The notes below the pieces were generated by a model. The model saw nothing but the letters and a program-made list of their open reading frames with translations. It searched no databases and was not told where the DNA came from. DNA of 44,282 bases from a virus. The stretch lies in IMG/VR virus record IMGVR_UViG_3300021256_000025, one strand, 5' to 3'. Of the stretch, positions 33,245 to 41,252 are shown in pieces. The number at the start of each line of letters is the position of its first letter. Position 1 is the stretch's first letter. The translations under genes were made by a program, and so were the position numbers.

Positions 33245-33951
33245 ACGCCCTCCATGTAAACAGGTACCGCTACCACCCCGCGGATCTTATCCACCGCGGT
33301 CTGCTTGTTTAGATTCCGATCAGAACCGTGCAGCAGATACACGGCCTGTGTCTTTGACAAGTCCTGCGTGTTCAGAAGCGCCGCCACGTGGTCCACCGAC
33401 ATGTGGCTCTGCAGGATCCGTTTAGCCTGGGCCTCATGCACCGCACCGGCCGCGATGTTTTCCTGCAGGATAGGCAGCTCATAGTTGCACTCCAGCATCC
33501 AAACGTTGATGCCGGGAAACTTATATGGCAGCAGGTATGTGTCAACAGCAAAGACAACCCGCGTGCAATCCGGAGCCGTGATAATAAACCCGACCGGCTC
33601 CTCGGCGTCGTGCTCGACAGGGAACCGGGTCACAGTCCAGCCACCGATAGAGTATAGGCCACGGTCGCCGGGCCACGCCTGCCGTTCCAGAACATACCCC
33701 GATCCCACAGCCCGACGTGTCCCCGGGCTCATATGCACCGGGATGCCGGCGTCCAGATACTGCTGAACGTACCCGGCGTGGTCTTTATGCTCGTGCGTAA
33801 CAAGGCACGCTACGACGCGAGATAAGCGCGCTGTGAGCTTTTCCCGGAGCTTGGAAACAGGAATACCAGCCTCCAGCAAAAGGACGCTGTCGTCGCATCG
33901 TAGCGCGTAACAGTTACCCTTGCTGGAGCTGGCAATGATCTGAACGTCCAA
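33241..33951 (-). CDS. Metallo-beta-lactamase-fold hydrolase (recombination exonuclease or cyclic-nucleotide phosphodiesterase)
   Basis: THEHKDHAG = HxHxDH motif; TTG start immediately after the recT stop. Confidence 0.7.
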   Translation of the reverse strand: MDVQIIASSSKGNCYALRCDDSVLLLEAGIPVSKLREKLTARLSRVVACLVTHEHKDHAGYVQQYLDAGIPVHMSPGTRRAVGSGYVLERQAWPGDRGLYSIGGWTVTRFPVEHDAEEPVGFIITAPDCTRVVFAVDTYLLPYKFPGINVWMLECNYELPILQENIAAGAVHEAQAKRILQSHMSVDHVAALLNTQDLSKTQAVYLLHGSDRNLNKQTAVDKIRGVVAVPVYMEGV

Positions 33952-34638
33952 TTAGAACGGCCGCTCCGGTTTTTCTGCAGGTGCCTCTGCAGGAGCCTCA
34001 ACCGGCTGTGCGGCCTCCATGGCCTCTTGCGTTTCCACCTCGACCCGGTCGATTACGTCTTGTACAGACCCGGACTCCGTCACGTTTATCGGCTCGTCTT
34101 TCAACTCCTCAACAGTGGGCAAGCCCATGCTGATCTCCGGAGCGCATGTCCGGATAAAGAACGCCGCTGCACGGTAGGTCAGCATCAGCTGCGGCATAGT
34201 CTGCCATTTGCTGCCTTTTTTGTCGTACCAGCCTTCCTTCTTGGCCATGCCGATGGTTACATCAGGACCGGTCAGCTTTTCGCCTGTGGCCAACTCAGAC
34301 GCATACGCACGGCATCCGTAATCATCCGTCCCGGGAGTCCCGAAAAACTCATAGCGAATCGGGCTGTACTTCCCGCTCATGTTGAACGTGCTGATCAGGA
34401 ACTTGCTGCTCCAGCCAGGGTTCCCGTACACCACGTACATGTTCTGCATAACCATCATCGGGCTGGCATTTAACCGGTTAGCCATGTCCAGTGCGATCAG
34501 TACGTTGGCCGGCTTTTTCTGAAACGCCTGCGGAATGATATCAGACCCTGCCAGCTTGGAAGCCAGCGTCATCATAGACTCCATACCGTCCCTCGAGAAC
34601 AAAAAATTGTTTGCAACAGTTAACGCCTTGTCCATCAT
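33952..34638 (-). CDS. recT: RecT-family single-strand annealing protein
   Basis: 228 aa; pattern ...NASPMMVMQNMYVVYGNPGWSSKF...KKEGW...W...P..ML.YRAA typical of RecT. Confidence 0.75.
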   Translation of the reverse strand: MMDKALTVANNFLFSRDGMESMMTLASKLAGSDIIPQAFQKKPANVLIALDMANRLNASPMMVMQNMYVVYGNPGWSSKFLISTFNMSGKYSPIRYEFFGTPGTDDYGCRAYASELATGEKLTGPDVTIGMAKKEGWYDKKGSKWQTMPQLMLTYRAAAFFIRTCAPEISMGLPTVEELKDEPINVTESGSVQDVIDRVEVETQEAMEAAQPVEAPAEAPAEKPERPF

Positions 34639-36596
34639 TTAACCTCCATTTTCAACTGATTGATATTTTCCTGTGCTTTCAACAGCACCAACTGACTTTT
34701 TACTTCCGGTGTAAAGGTGATGCTTTCAGCGCCGTCAACCCACACCGGATTCAAGATCTGCAGCTTCTCCTGCAGGGTCCCCACGATAATCATGCCGGCA
34801 CGAATTTTCTCTCCCTGGGACAAATCCCGGTACCCGACGCCGTGCATCGTAAGCTCGCAGGTTTCAACGATGTCGTCATTCGTTACATTCTGCTGGAAAA
34901 GCCGCCATTCCAGCCCCGGGAAAAGCGTGTTAACTTTGTCGGTCAGCATACGGCACTTGGCAATGACAAACTGCGTCACCAGCCGCAGCCGCTCCGAAGC
35001 AACATCCGCGTTCTCCCGCTGTGTCTGCAGGTCGTCCCTCAGTGCGGATACCTCCTGCAACGTCCGCAGATTTGCCTGCAGCTCGCCCAGCTTCGCCTGC
35101 AGCCGGCTGCGGATATTGCGCGCCTCCTCCACGTTCCTCTGCAGCGGCGCCAGGTCAGGCTGTGTGCCGCCCTTTAGGTCTGCCAGCTCGCGCGCCAGCA
35201 TATCCCGCCGGGAGCGATCGTCCCGGAACTCCGGCACGTCCTCCAGCTGCGGCAACGCATTCAGCGCCTCCTGCTCCTCTTTGTGGATTCCATCAAGCGA
35301 CTTCTGAATTTCGTCCTTCTTCTTTTCGTCAGCCTCTACCGCTTGCACCAGGGCGTCGCGTTCCTTACCCAGCTCAACCACCTGGGCCGCTACCTGCTTC
35401 CCTTTGGCCACTATCGCCTCCAGGTTCCCGCTCTTTTCTGTATTGAACTGTGCCCGCAGCTCCTCAACCTTGTCTGCAGGCAATGCCTGATGGCAAAAGG
35501 GGCACTCTGTCGCAGTAAACTGCCGTGCATATTCGGCATCATACTCTTTGTACAGCTCCTCCTTCTGGGCTTCTGCAGTAGTGATCCGGTCGGCCTGCAC
35601 GGCAATCTGTGCACGCTTTCTAATTATCGCCTCGTCTGCAGAGCGGATGTCTCCCTGCAGAACGATAGCCCGGGCCCGGAACCCGTCTTTGATTGCTGTG
35701 ATTTTGTTATGCCGGCGCTGCTCCCAGGCTTCCAGTTTCAGCCGCAGCGCTTCCATTTCATTCTGGACCTGTACCGCACGCCCGCCGGACTTGGCATTTG
35801 TAAGCGCGGATTCGGCCTGTGTGACGGCTTCTTCCTGTGCCTGGACCATTTCCTCCTGCTTGGCAATTTGCGCCGCCAGATCGGATTCTGTGACGTTCCC
35901 GGCCAGCTTCATGGTCTGATCAATCCGTACCACGCCCTCTTTTATTGCTTTGTTGGCCAGCTTCAGCTGGGCCGCAGCCATGGACCGGATGCCCTCAAGG
36001 TCGTGTTTTTCCAGCATAGCCTCCAAGGGCTTTAATTCCGGGTGGGCTGCAATCACCGCAGCATCATCTACGCCGCCGGCAATCTGCAGTAACAACGCCC
36101 GCTGCTGTTGCCAGGGAAGCCCCGGAAAATACGCCGGATCACTGGTCAGCTTCATACGGTCAGGATCTATGTTCTCCTTCACCCAGGCATCATACCGGGC
36201 TGCCGGTACCGGCTCGTCGTTTATAAAGTATTTCGTAGTATTGCCTTTGAAAATTTTGTCGCCGGAGTTTTTGTCCGTGGAATACACCTCGCAGAAAACC
36301 CGCCGCAGTGTGTGGACCTCTCCGTCCTCGTCCACCAGCCTGCCGGTGACAGCCACCTCAACCTGCCGCAGCAACTCCCCGTCGGCCTGCCGGGGCCGGA
36401 TGGTAGCCTCGCCCTTCTGTCCGGTACCGCAGACACGCCCCTGCGCGTCCTTGCCGGTCAGCAGCCAGCAGAACGCGTCAAACACGCTGGTCTTTCCGGT
36501 TCCGTTGGCGCCGGAGATGGTCGTCACATCCCCGAAATGCACGTCCAGATCCTTATGCCCTTTAAAATTCTGCAGAGCCAGAGATAACAACCTCAT
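34635..36596 (-). CDS. SMC/Rad50/SbcC-like AAA ATPase with long coiled coil
   Basis: N-terminal Walker A SGANGTGKTS, central coiled coil, C-terminal LSQGEK signature-like motif. Confidence 0.75.
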   Translation of the reverse strand: MRLLSLALQNFKGHKDLDVHFGDVTTISGANGTGKTSVFDAFCWLLTGKDAQGRVCGTGQKGEATIRPRQADGELLRQVEVAVTGRLVDEDGEVHTLRRVFCEVYSTDKNSGDKIFKGNTTKYFINDEPVPAARYDAWVKENIDPDRMKLTSDPAYFPGLPWQQQRALLLQIAGGVDDAAVIAAHPELKPLEAMLEKHDLEGIRSMAAAQLKLANKAIKEGVVRIDQTMKLAGNVTESDLAAQIAKQEEMVQAQEEAVTQAESALTNAKSGGRAVQVQNEMEALRLKLEAWEQRRHNKITAIKDGFRARAIVLQGDIRSADEAIIRKRAQIAVQADRITTAEAQKEELYKEYDAEYARQFTATECPFCHQALPADKVEELRAQFNTEKSGNLEAIVAKGKQVAAQVVELGKERDALVQAVEADEKKKDEIQKSLDGIHKEEQEALNALPQLEDVPEFRDDRSRRDMLARELADLKGGTQPDLAPLQRNVEEARNIRSRLQAKLGELQANLRTLQEVSALRDDLQTQRENADVASERLRLVTQFVIAKCRMLTDKVNTLFPGLEWRLFQQNVTNDDIVETCELTMHGVGYRDLSQGEKIRAGMIIVGTLQEKLQILNPVWVDGAESITFTPEVKSQLVLLKAQENINQLKMEVK

Positions 36597-36955
36597 GCGA
36601 ACTCCTCCCCTCGTGCGTAGGCCAGAGCCTCGTCAAAGCCCTCGCCGATCAGCATTTCCTCGCCGGTGTAAACCGGCAGGTATTTCATTTTTGCAGCAAA
36701 GTACTCCGCAACGCAGCCCCGGCTCTCCTGCCAGTTTCCACACATTACAATCCCGTTGCAGAGAGCCAAAAGAGCCAGACAATACTCCAACCCCTGCACA
36801 TAATCCGTGCGGCTGTACGGCGCGCGTATCGCGTGCACCGGGCTCACAAAACAAACATCCGGATGCGAGATCTGCAGCGCGCGCACGATCGCGTCCGCCT
36901 TCGCCTCGTTTTCCTGTTTACCCCCGTAGGGATGGCTCACATATAAAACGTCCAT
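36593..36955 (-). CDS. Nucleoside 2-deoxyribosyltransferase-like protein (DUF4406/DUF1937-like)
   Basis: VLYVSHPYGG...NWQESRGCVAEYFAA pattern; start at the second ATG with RBS GGAGGA. Confidence 0.5.
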   Translation of the reverse strand: MDVLYVSHPYGGKQENEAKADAIVRALQISHPDVCFVSPVHAIRAPYSRTDYVQGLEYCLALLALCNGIVMCGNWQESRGCVAEYFAAKMKYLPVYTGEEMLIGEGFDEALAYARGEEFA

Positions 36956-37021
36956 AGTATCCTCCATAAACGCGGGCCGCCTGTGATAGAGCCTTACCCT
37001 TCTGCTTACTGCGCCATGTGG

Positions 37022-37051
37022 TTGACGGTCCGTTGGCCCGCGTGGTATAAT
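37022..37051 (+). promoter_or_regulatory. Plus-strand promoter TTGACG-18-TGgTATAAT
   Basis: ttgacg at 37022..37027, tataat at 37046..37051 with TG at -15/-14; lies in a minus-strand intergenic gap. Confidence 0.55.
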
Positions 37052-37057
37052 GAATTA

Positions 37058-37113
37058 TCCTAAAAAAATTTGACATGTAACCGCTGATGCGCCAACATCA
37101 GCGGTGTTTTTTT
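37058..37113 (+). ncRNA. Candidate small antisense RNA of about 55 nt (promoter to intrinsic terminator)
   Basis: Hairpin CCGCTGATG-cgccaa-CATCAGCGG (37081..37104) followed by TGTTTTTTT on the plus strand; no plus-strand ORF. Confidence 0.45.
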
Positions 37114-37448
37114 ATTAAGGCATCAACCATCGTGCCTATCTCATTCAGCGGAAGCACCTTCCCGTCTAACGATACCGCTATATCCACGTTGTCACCCAGC
37201 AAGCCTTCCTCCCACAGCTGTTCGCGCAAGGAAGCAAAAAGAGAAACGATAAGAACATTCCTGCCAGGAGCATCGCAAAGTTTTATCGTTTGGGAAAACA
37301 GCGACGTGAGAGCAATCATTAAACTCCCACCCGAGATGCCACTCATACATATTTCGCAGTTGTCCTTGGTTAGCGCCGCGATCACAACCTCGACATCCTC
37401 CGGACGGTCCACTTTGACACCCGATTTTTCAAGTTCAAAAACTTTCAT
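37098..37448 (-). CDS. Hypothetical protein
   Basis: Start MKVFELEK with RBS; 116 aa; 3' end overlaps the sRNA terminator hairpin. Confidence 0.5.
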   Translation of the reverse strand: MKVFELEKSGVKVDRPEDVEVVIAALTKDNCEICMSGISGGSLMIALTSLFSQTIKLCDAPGRNVLIVSLFASLREQLWEEGLLGDNVDIAVSLDGKVLPLNEIGTMVDALIKKHR

Positions 37449-37645
37449 TCTTTCCCCTTTCCGCACACCACGCCCAGCGTGGCAGCCTTTAAACTTTTAC
37501 ACCGAAAACACTTTTTATTTCGCAACGGCCTGCTCTCGTTGACCTTTCTCTTGGTGCACCCCGCCTGGTTCCCGCAGTTCCGGCATAGCCATGCGTCCAC
37601 GCAGAACCCCGGAATGGCCGGGCACCGTCCTCCTAAATCCATCAC
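37445..37645 (-). CDS. Hypothetical Cys-rich protein
   Basis: 66-aa ORF, 4-nt couplings both sides. Confidence 0.45.
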   Translation of the reverse strand: MMDLGGRCPAIPGFCVDAWLCRNCGNQAGCTKRKVNESRPLRNKKCFRCKSLKAATLGVVCGKGKE

Positions 37646-37833
37646 CTCACCCCCGCAAACGTTAAGTTAATTATTCCGACCGCCCATACCATCTCGAACA
37701 GCACCAAAACAAACAGCGCTCCGGCCAGGTAATCGTTGTGATCTACCTGATCAGCCATCCAGTCCCCCAGACGGTCCAACAACTCCAGGGCTATGAACCA
37801 GAGCCCCCACGCATAACACCAAAGTTTTGTCAT
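37642..37833 (-). CDS. Small membrane protein (two TM helices)
   Basis: 63 aa, hydrophobic segments WCYAWGLWFIAL and LAGALFVLVLFEMVWAVGII. Confidence 0.5.
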   Translation of the reverse strand: MTKLWCYAWGLWFIALELLDRLGDWMADQVDHNDYLAGALFVLVLFEMVWAVGIINLTFAGVR

Positions 37834-38057
37834 TTTTCATCCTCCTTAATTTCCCATCCATAACTTACTGCAGTCGCCCTTAAAGCTCTCTCCGCTGCAG
37901 ACTCCGAACGCCACCAACGGCGGCTAAAGACCGAAGTCGTACGCCATGCCCTCCCACCAAAATGTTTGTGAATACGCCAGATGTATCTTACAGGACAACC
38001 AGCGCGATGCTCACAGACCGGTTTATAGTGATTTCCGGCACGATCCACCGCGATCAT
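37830..38057 (-). CDS. Hypothetical basic protein
   Basis: 75-aa ORF, coupled in the early operon. Confidence 0.45.
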   Translation of the reverse strand: MIAVDRAGNHYKPVCEHRAGCPVRYIWRIHKHFGGRAWRTTSVFSRRWWRSESAAERALRATAVSYGWEIKEDEK

Positions 38058-38251
38058 GCGTGCACCATCCTCTCTGCAATGTATTTATCGATTGCCGTGG
38101 CCGGGATCAGCTTCCGGTTATTCCGGATAATAAAGCCGATCTTCCCGTCGGCGATCTCCGCCTTCAAAAAATTGATGCTGCAACATAGAAGCTGGCACGC
38201 CTCCCCGGGCGGGTACAGCATCCGCCGCGGGATTTCCTTTGTCTTTTTCAT
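38054..38251 (-). CDS. Excisionase-like / MerR-type HTH DNA-binding protein
   Basis: Start MKKTKEIP (RBS AAGGAGGG); LYPPGEACQLLCCSINFLKAEIADGKI...IPATAIDKYI resembles HTH_17/Xis. Confidence 0.5.
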   Translation of the reverse strand: MKKTKEIPRRMLYPPGEACQLLCCSINFLKAEIADGKIGFIIRNNRKLIPATAIDKYIAERMVHA

Positions 38252-38268
38252 GGACCGCCCTCCTTTCA

Positions 38269-38283
38269 TTGCGTATTACGCAA
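38269..38283. promoter_or_regulatory. Perfect 15-bp palindrome TTGCGTA-T-TACGCAA (distal operator candidate)
   Basis: Spans the cro stop codon; same half-site as the repeats in the cI/cro intergenic region. Confidence 0.6.
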
Positions 38284-38500
38284 CGATTTTCTTAAAAAAA
38301 ATACGCCCCAAGACTTCCGGTTCTAAATCCAGAACCGCTGCAATAGCATAAATAGCCATTGCGCCAGGGCGTACTCTTCCGTTTACAATATCAGACATGG
38401 TATCACGACTCAGACCGCATGCGTCCGCCATTTGCTGAATGGTATTCAAGCCTTTGTCGATCATCCGCTTCCGCAATTCAACATTATCAACGGTATACAC
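38276..38500 (-). CDS. Cro-like XRE-family HTH regulator
   Basis: GTG start with RBS AAGGAGGGAG; LNTIQQMADACGLSRDTMSDIVNG = XRE HTH; divergent from the repressor. Confidence 0.75.
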   Translation of the reverse strand: MYTVDNVELRKRMIDKGLNTIQQMADACGLSRDTMSDIVNGRVRPGAMAIYAIAAVLDLEPEVLGRIFFKKIVA

Positions 38501-38534
38501 AGGGCTCCCTCCTTTCGTCGCTTATTACGCAATA

Positions 38535-38563
38535 AGAATAACATACGAAAGCGGAATTGTCAA
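38535..38563 (-). promoter_or_regulatory. Early lytic promoter TTGACA-17-TATTCT
   Basis: Minus strand gcgTTGACAattccgctttcgtatgtTATTCT; operator-like sites at 38518..38532 and 38563..38577 flank it. Confidence 0.65.
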
Positions 38564-38604
38564 CGCTTAATACGCTAAAATTTATATGTTTTTCGGAAAT
38601 AATA

Positions 38605-38633
38605 TTGCATTTTGCGTAAAAAGATAATATAAT
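38605..38633 (+). promoter_or_regulatory. Repressor-maintenance-type promoter TTGCAT-17-TATAAT
   Basis: ttgcat at 38605..38610, tataat at 38628..38633, upstream of the cI-like gene. Confidence 0.55.
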
Positions 38634-38664
38634 GGCGTAAACAGGGAAAGTGAGGAAAAATGCA

Positions 38665-39042
38665 ATGGAAACAAAACTATGCGAGAACCTAAAGAAATTA
38701 CGTGACCTGCACAAATACTCATTTAAAGATTTAGAAAAGTTAATGGCTGGAAAAAGCTGCAAAGTAACAGCTTCCACACTGCAAAGATATGAAGCAGGGA
38801 TAATCCCTAACGTGCCATACGATTCAATAATCGCCCTTGCGGAGATTTATGATACTCCGCCCGCCGCACTAATGGGATGGTCGACCGAGCCAATTTTAAA
38901 CCTTACAGAAAAAGAAGTCCTAACCGATTTCCGTAAATTAAACTCCTTCGGCCAGGACAAAGCCGCAGACTACATCCACGATCTGACCGAGAACCCCAAA
39001 TACACGGAAAAAGAATCATCGGACTCGGAAAATACCGCTTGA
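38665..39042 (+). CDS. cI-like XRE-family repressor (no S24 peptidase domain seen)
   Basis: LKKLRDLHKYSFKDLEKL...TLQRYEAG = XRE HTH; ATG at 38665 with RBS GAGGA (track start is a GTG at 38650). Confidence 0.75.
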   Translation: METKLCENLKKLRDLHKYSFKDLEKLMAGKSCKVTASTLQRYEAGIIPNVPYDSIIALAEIYDTPPAALMGWSTEPILNLTEKEVLTDFRKLNSFGQDKAADYIHDLTENPKYTEKESSDSENTA

Positions 39043-39061
39043 TGCGGCGCAAGTAGCAAAA

Positions 39062-39101
39062 CAAAAAAATGACCGTCCGGCTACCAGCACCGGACGGTCA
39101 T
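39062..39101 (-). terminator. Hairpin terminator between the repressor and integrase genes (T-tract on minus strand; possibly bidirectional)
   Basis: ATGACCGTCCGG-9 nt-CCGGACGGTCAT; A7 run on plus just upstream gives T7 after the stem on minus. Confidence 0.5.
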
Positions 39102-39195
39102 GCAGACTACGCATTTTTTAGTTTGACGAAAGACAAAAAGGAGTTGCCTGCCTTTTTATTATACCATAGGCAGGCACTCCGGAAAAGAGGTAAAC

Positions 39196-40386
39196 ATGTC
39201 AGTATTCAAAAACCCCAACGGCCTGTGGTACGCCAGGATCTCAACCGGCCAGAAAAACGAAAAAGGAAACTACACCTACGTAACCAGCAAACACGGCCGC
39301 AAAAGCCGCGGTGACGCCCTCATGGACGAAGCAGAGCTCCGTGTGTTCGTAGCCAGCAATAAGGCCGACACCCTGACGCGGATCCGGAACCATGAGCTCC
39401 TGGACCGGTACATGGCCACCAAGGGCATCCGGAAAACAACGGCCAAAACCTATAAAAGCGCCGTGAACCACATCAAGCGCCTGCTGCCGGATATCCCCGC
39501 CCGGGATACCACCACCATGCACATGGAAGCATACCGCCAGGCTGTGCTCCGGGAACCGGTGGCCACATGTACCCACCGCACCCTGATCTCCCTGGTCAAG
39601 GCAGCCTTCACATGGGCCGCAGATAACGATATGATCATCAAGTCCCCGGCCCGGAACATGAAGCTGCCGGTCAAGGCCGAACCGGCCGGTATGCATGTGC
39701 AGATAGATCTGTTGCAGGAGATTCTGAACACAGCCAAAACCTACCGGTACAGCCAGCTGTACATTCCGCTGCTGTTGGCCGGCATGTGCGGGCTCCGGAT
39801 CTCTGAGATCTGCGGTCTGCAGGATAAAGACGTGACCGCGGACTGCGTCCAGGTGCGGTACAATTTCCTGCGGGCTGACAGCGCCCCCAGCCTGCAGCCA
39901 TTAAAGACAAAAGCAGCAGCCCGTGTGGTGCCCCTGATTCCCGCTGTAAGCCGCGAAATTAAGGAGTACAAGGGTTTTATCAAGGCGTGCCATAAAGCGG
40001 CCCTGCAGGCCCGTATGGAAGCCAAAAAGAACCCTGGCTTTTTAGACGGCGATGCGCCATGGGATGAGTCCGGCTTCTTCTTTGTGTTCCCCAAAGATGG
40101 CCGCCCCCACGCCAAAGAATATGTGGAGCGGCAATGGAAGCGGTTCAAAATGTCCCCGGAGATGCAGCCGCTGATCAGCAAACACCCGGAGCTGGCCAAG
40201 ATGCGGCTCCATGACTTCCGGCACTCCTTCGGGTCCAACCTGCGGTATGCCGGAGCGCCCATAGAGGACGTGACTGAGATCCTCGGCCACACAGATAGCA
40301 ACTTCACCCGGACCACCTACGCGCTGCCGATGCAGGGCACCCATGAACGCAGTATGGCGCGGTTTGCGAAACTTTGTGAAAAATGA
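39196..40386 (+). CDS. int: Tyrosine integrase
   Basis: C-terminal LHDFRHSFGSNLRYAGAPIEDVTEILGHTDSNFTRTTYA (R...HxxR...Y catalytic pattern); SAM-like N-terminal domain. Confidence 0.9.
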   Translation: MSVFKNPNGLWYARISTGQKNEKGNYTYVTSKHGRKSRGDALMDEAELRVFVASNKADTLTRIRNHELLDRYMATKGIRKTTAKTYKSAVNHIKRLLPDIPARDTTTMHMEAYRQAVLREPVATCTHRTLISLVKAAFTWAADNDMIIKSPARNMKLPVKAEPAGMHVQIDLLQEILNTAKTYRYSQLYIPLLLAGMCGLRISEICGLQDKDVTADCVQVRYNFLRADSAPSLQPLKTKAAARVVPLIPAVSREIKEYKGFIKACHKAALQARMEAKKNPGFLDGDAPWDESGFFFVFPKDGRPHAKEYVERQWKRFKMSPEMQPLISKHPELAKMRLHDFRHSFGSNLRYAGAPIEDVTEILGHTDSNFTRTTYALPMQGTHERSMARFAKLCEK

Positions 40387-40732
40387 TTAATTTTGTGAAT
40401 GAATTTCTGGTCTCTGTGACGAATTAATGAAAACTGCCAGGTATAAAGCCGGTAATCGAATTAGATAGAATTAGATAAAGAAAAACCCCGGAAGCCACAA
40501 TTTATGCGGTCTCCGGTGGTTTCTTTAGATAGAATTGAAAAGTCAAGCCTTATTCTTCGGTCTTGATAACCTTCATTTCTGGCAGGGAACGCCAGCCCAG
40601 ACGGTGTGCGTATCGTGTCGTTTGGCAGGCGACGCCCGTGAACAAATTTGTGAAAAACGCGAATTAGATAGAATTAAATTGATTTAGATATATTTTAATA
40701 AGGAAGAAAAATGACCGGCGTGTAGCCGGCCA
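40387..40732. other. attP region with five same-orientation TTAGATA(GAATT) arm-type repeats
   Basis: Repeats start at 40461, 40471, 40525, 40664, 40684; non-coding, immediately 3' of int; TTTGTGAA(A/T) also recurs at 40372, 40393, 40647. Confidence 0.6.
40534..40546 (-). repeat. Orphan copy of the CTTGACTTTTCAA box (no -10 element)
   Basis: attgaaaagtcaag on plus; identical to the -35 region of the promoter cassette family. Confidence 0.6.
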
Positions 40733-40990
40733 TTAACCCCTTTGATTAAAATAAAACTCGGCTCTTTCTTTGGCCATCCTTACGTTGTCGAGCAATCTCT
40801 CCATGCTTTTAAGACTGCACCACGCATCTACCCATTCCCTCGTCTGTGGATTCTGTACAGCTACGCACTTTTGCACAACCAGCCTTGCTCCATTGCGGCC
40901 CAGGTTCCAAATCAAATAACGTGTGCCCCCTACCTCGCATTTGTAAACCGTCATGCCATCAACGTTGTTTCGGATCCATTTCATAGCCAT
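40733..40990 (-). CDS. Small hypothetical protein (86 aa), weak paralogue of 41004..41252
   Basis: Start MAMKWIRN with RBS AAGGAGG; shares the Y[IL][VI]..LGR[DN]G motif. Confidence 0.5.
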   Translation of the reverse strand: MAMKWIRNNVDGMTVYKCEVGGTRYLIWNLGRNGARLVVQKCVAVQNPQTREWVDAWCSLKSMERLLDNVRMAKERAEFYFNQRG

Positions 40991-41003
40991 GTTCACGCCT
41001 CCT

Positions 41004-41252
41004 TTACGCCATGGTGCCGGTTTCCAGATAGGAACGGCGGGCCTCATCAGAGTAGCAACCGTAAATTATCCAGCCGGCCAGCTTCTCAAACACCTTGTGT
41101 GCTTCCGAAAGATCGTCAAACTTCTGGCTGCTCCAAACTCCGTCCCGCCCAAGGCTCACGATGTAGGACCGGCGGCCTTTTTTTATTTCCAGAATCATCG
41201 GGTGATCAGCGTGCGGTCCGCACTCTTGCATTTTAGCGATGGTGTACGCCAT
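41004..41252 (-). CDS. Small hypothetical protein (82 aa)
   Basis: Start MAYTIAK with RBS GGGAGGTGAAG. Confidence 0.5.
   Translation of the reverse strand: MAYTIAKMQECGPHADHPMILEIKKGRRSYIVSLGRDGVWSSQKFDDLSEAHKVFEKLAGWIIYGCYSDEARRSYLETGTMA

Larger units (their letters stand above)
38518..38639. promoter_or_regulatory. Operator cluster with TTGCGTA/TACGCAA half-sites
   Basis: TCGCTTA-T-TACGCAA (38518..38532), ACGCTTA-A-TACGCTA (38563..38577), half-sites TTGCGTA (38612..38618) and TGGCGTA (38633..38639). Confidence 0.6.

Noticed and set aside
39121-39195. Sigma-A promoter for int (TTGACG at 39123..39128)
   Set aside because: No -10-like hexamer lies at 16-19 nt spacing. The TATTAT at 39157 is too far away. 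The int promoter is therefore not called.
39069-39314. 81-aa plus-strand ORF overlapping the integrase start
   Set aside because: It overlaps a terminator hairpin and the well-supported int start (RBS AAGAGG plus ATG at 39196). It has a basic low-complexity composition and no RBS.
40534-40546. Fifth cassette promoter inside attP
   Set aside because: Only the CTTGACTTTTCAA box is present. No acceptable -10 hexamer lies at 16-18 nt, and there is no downstream ORF. It is kept as an orphan box or possible regulator site, not as a promoter.
40540-40660. tRNA or tmRNA fragment as the attP core
   Set aside because: I could not fold or recognise any tRNA-like acceptor/T-arm sequence by eye. The integration target remains unknown without a host genome.
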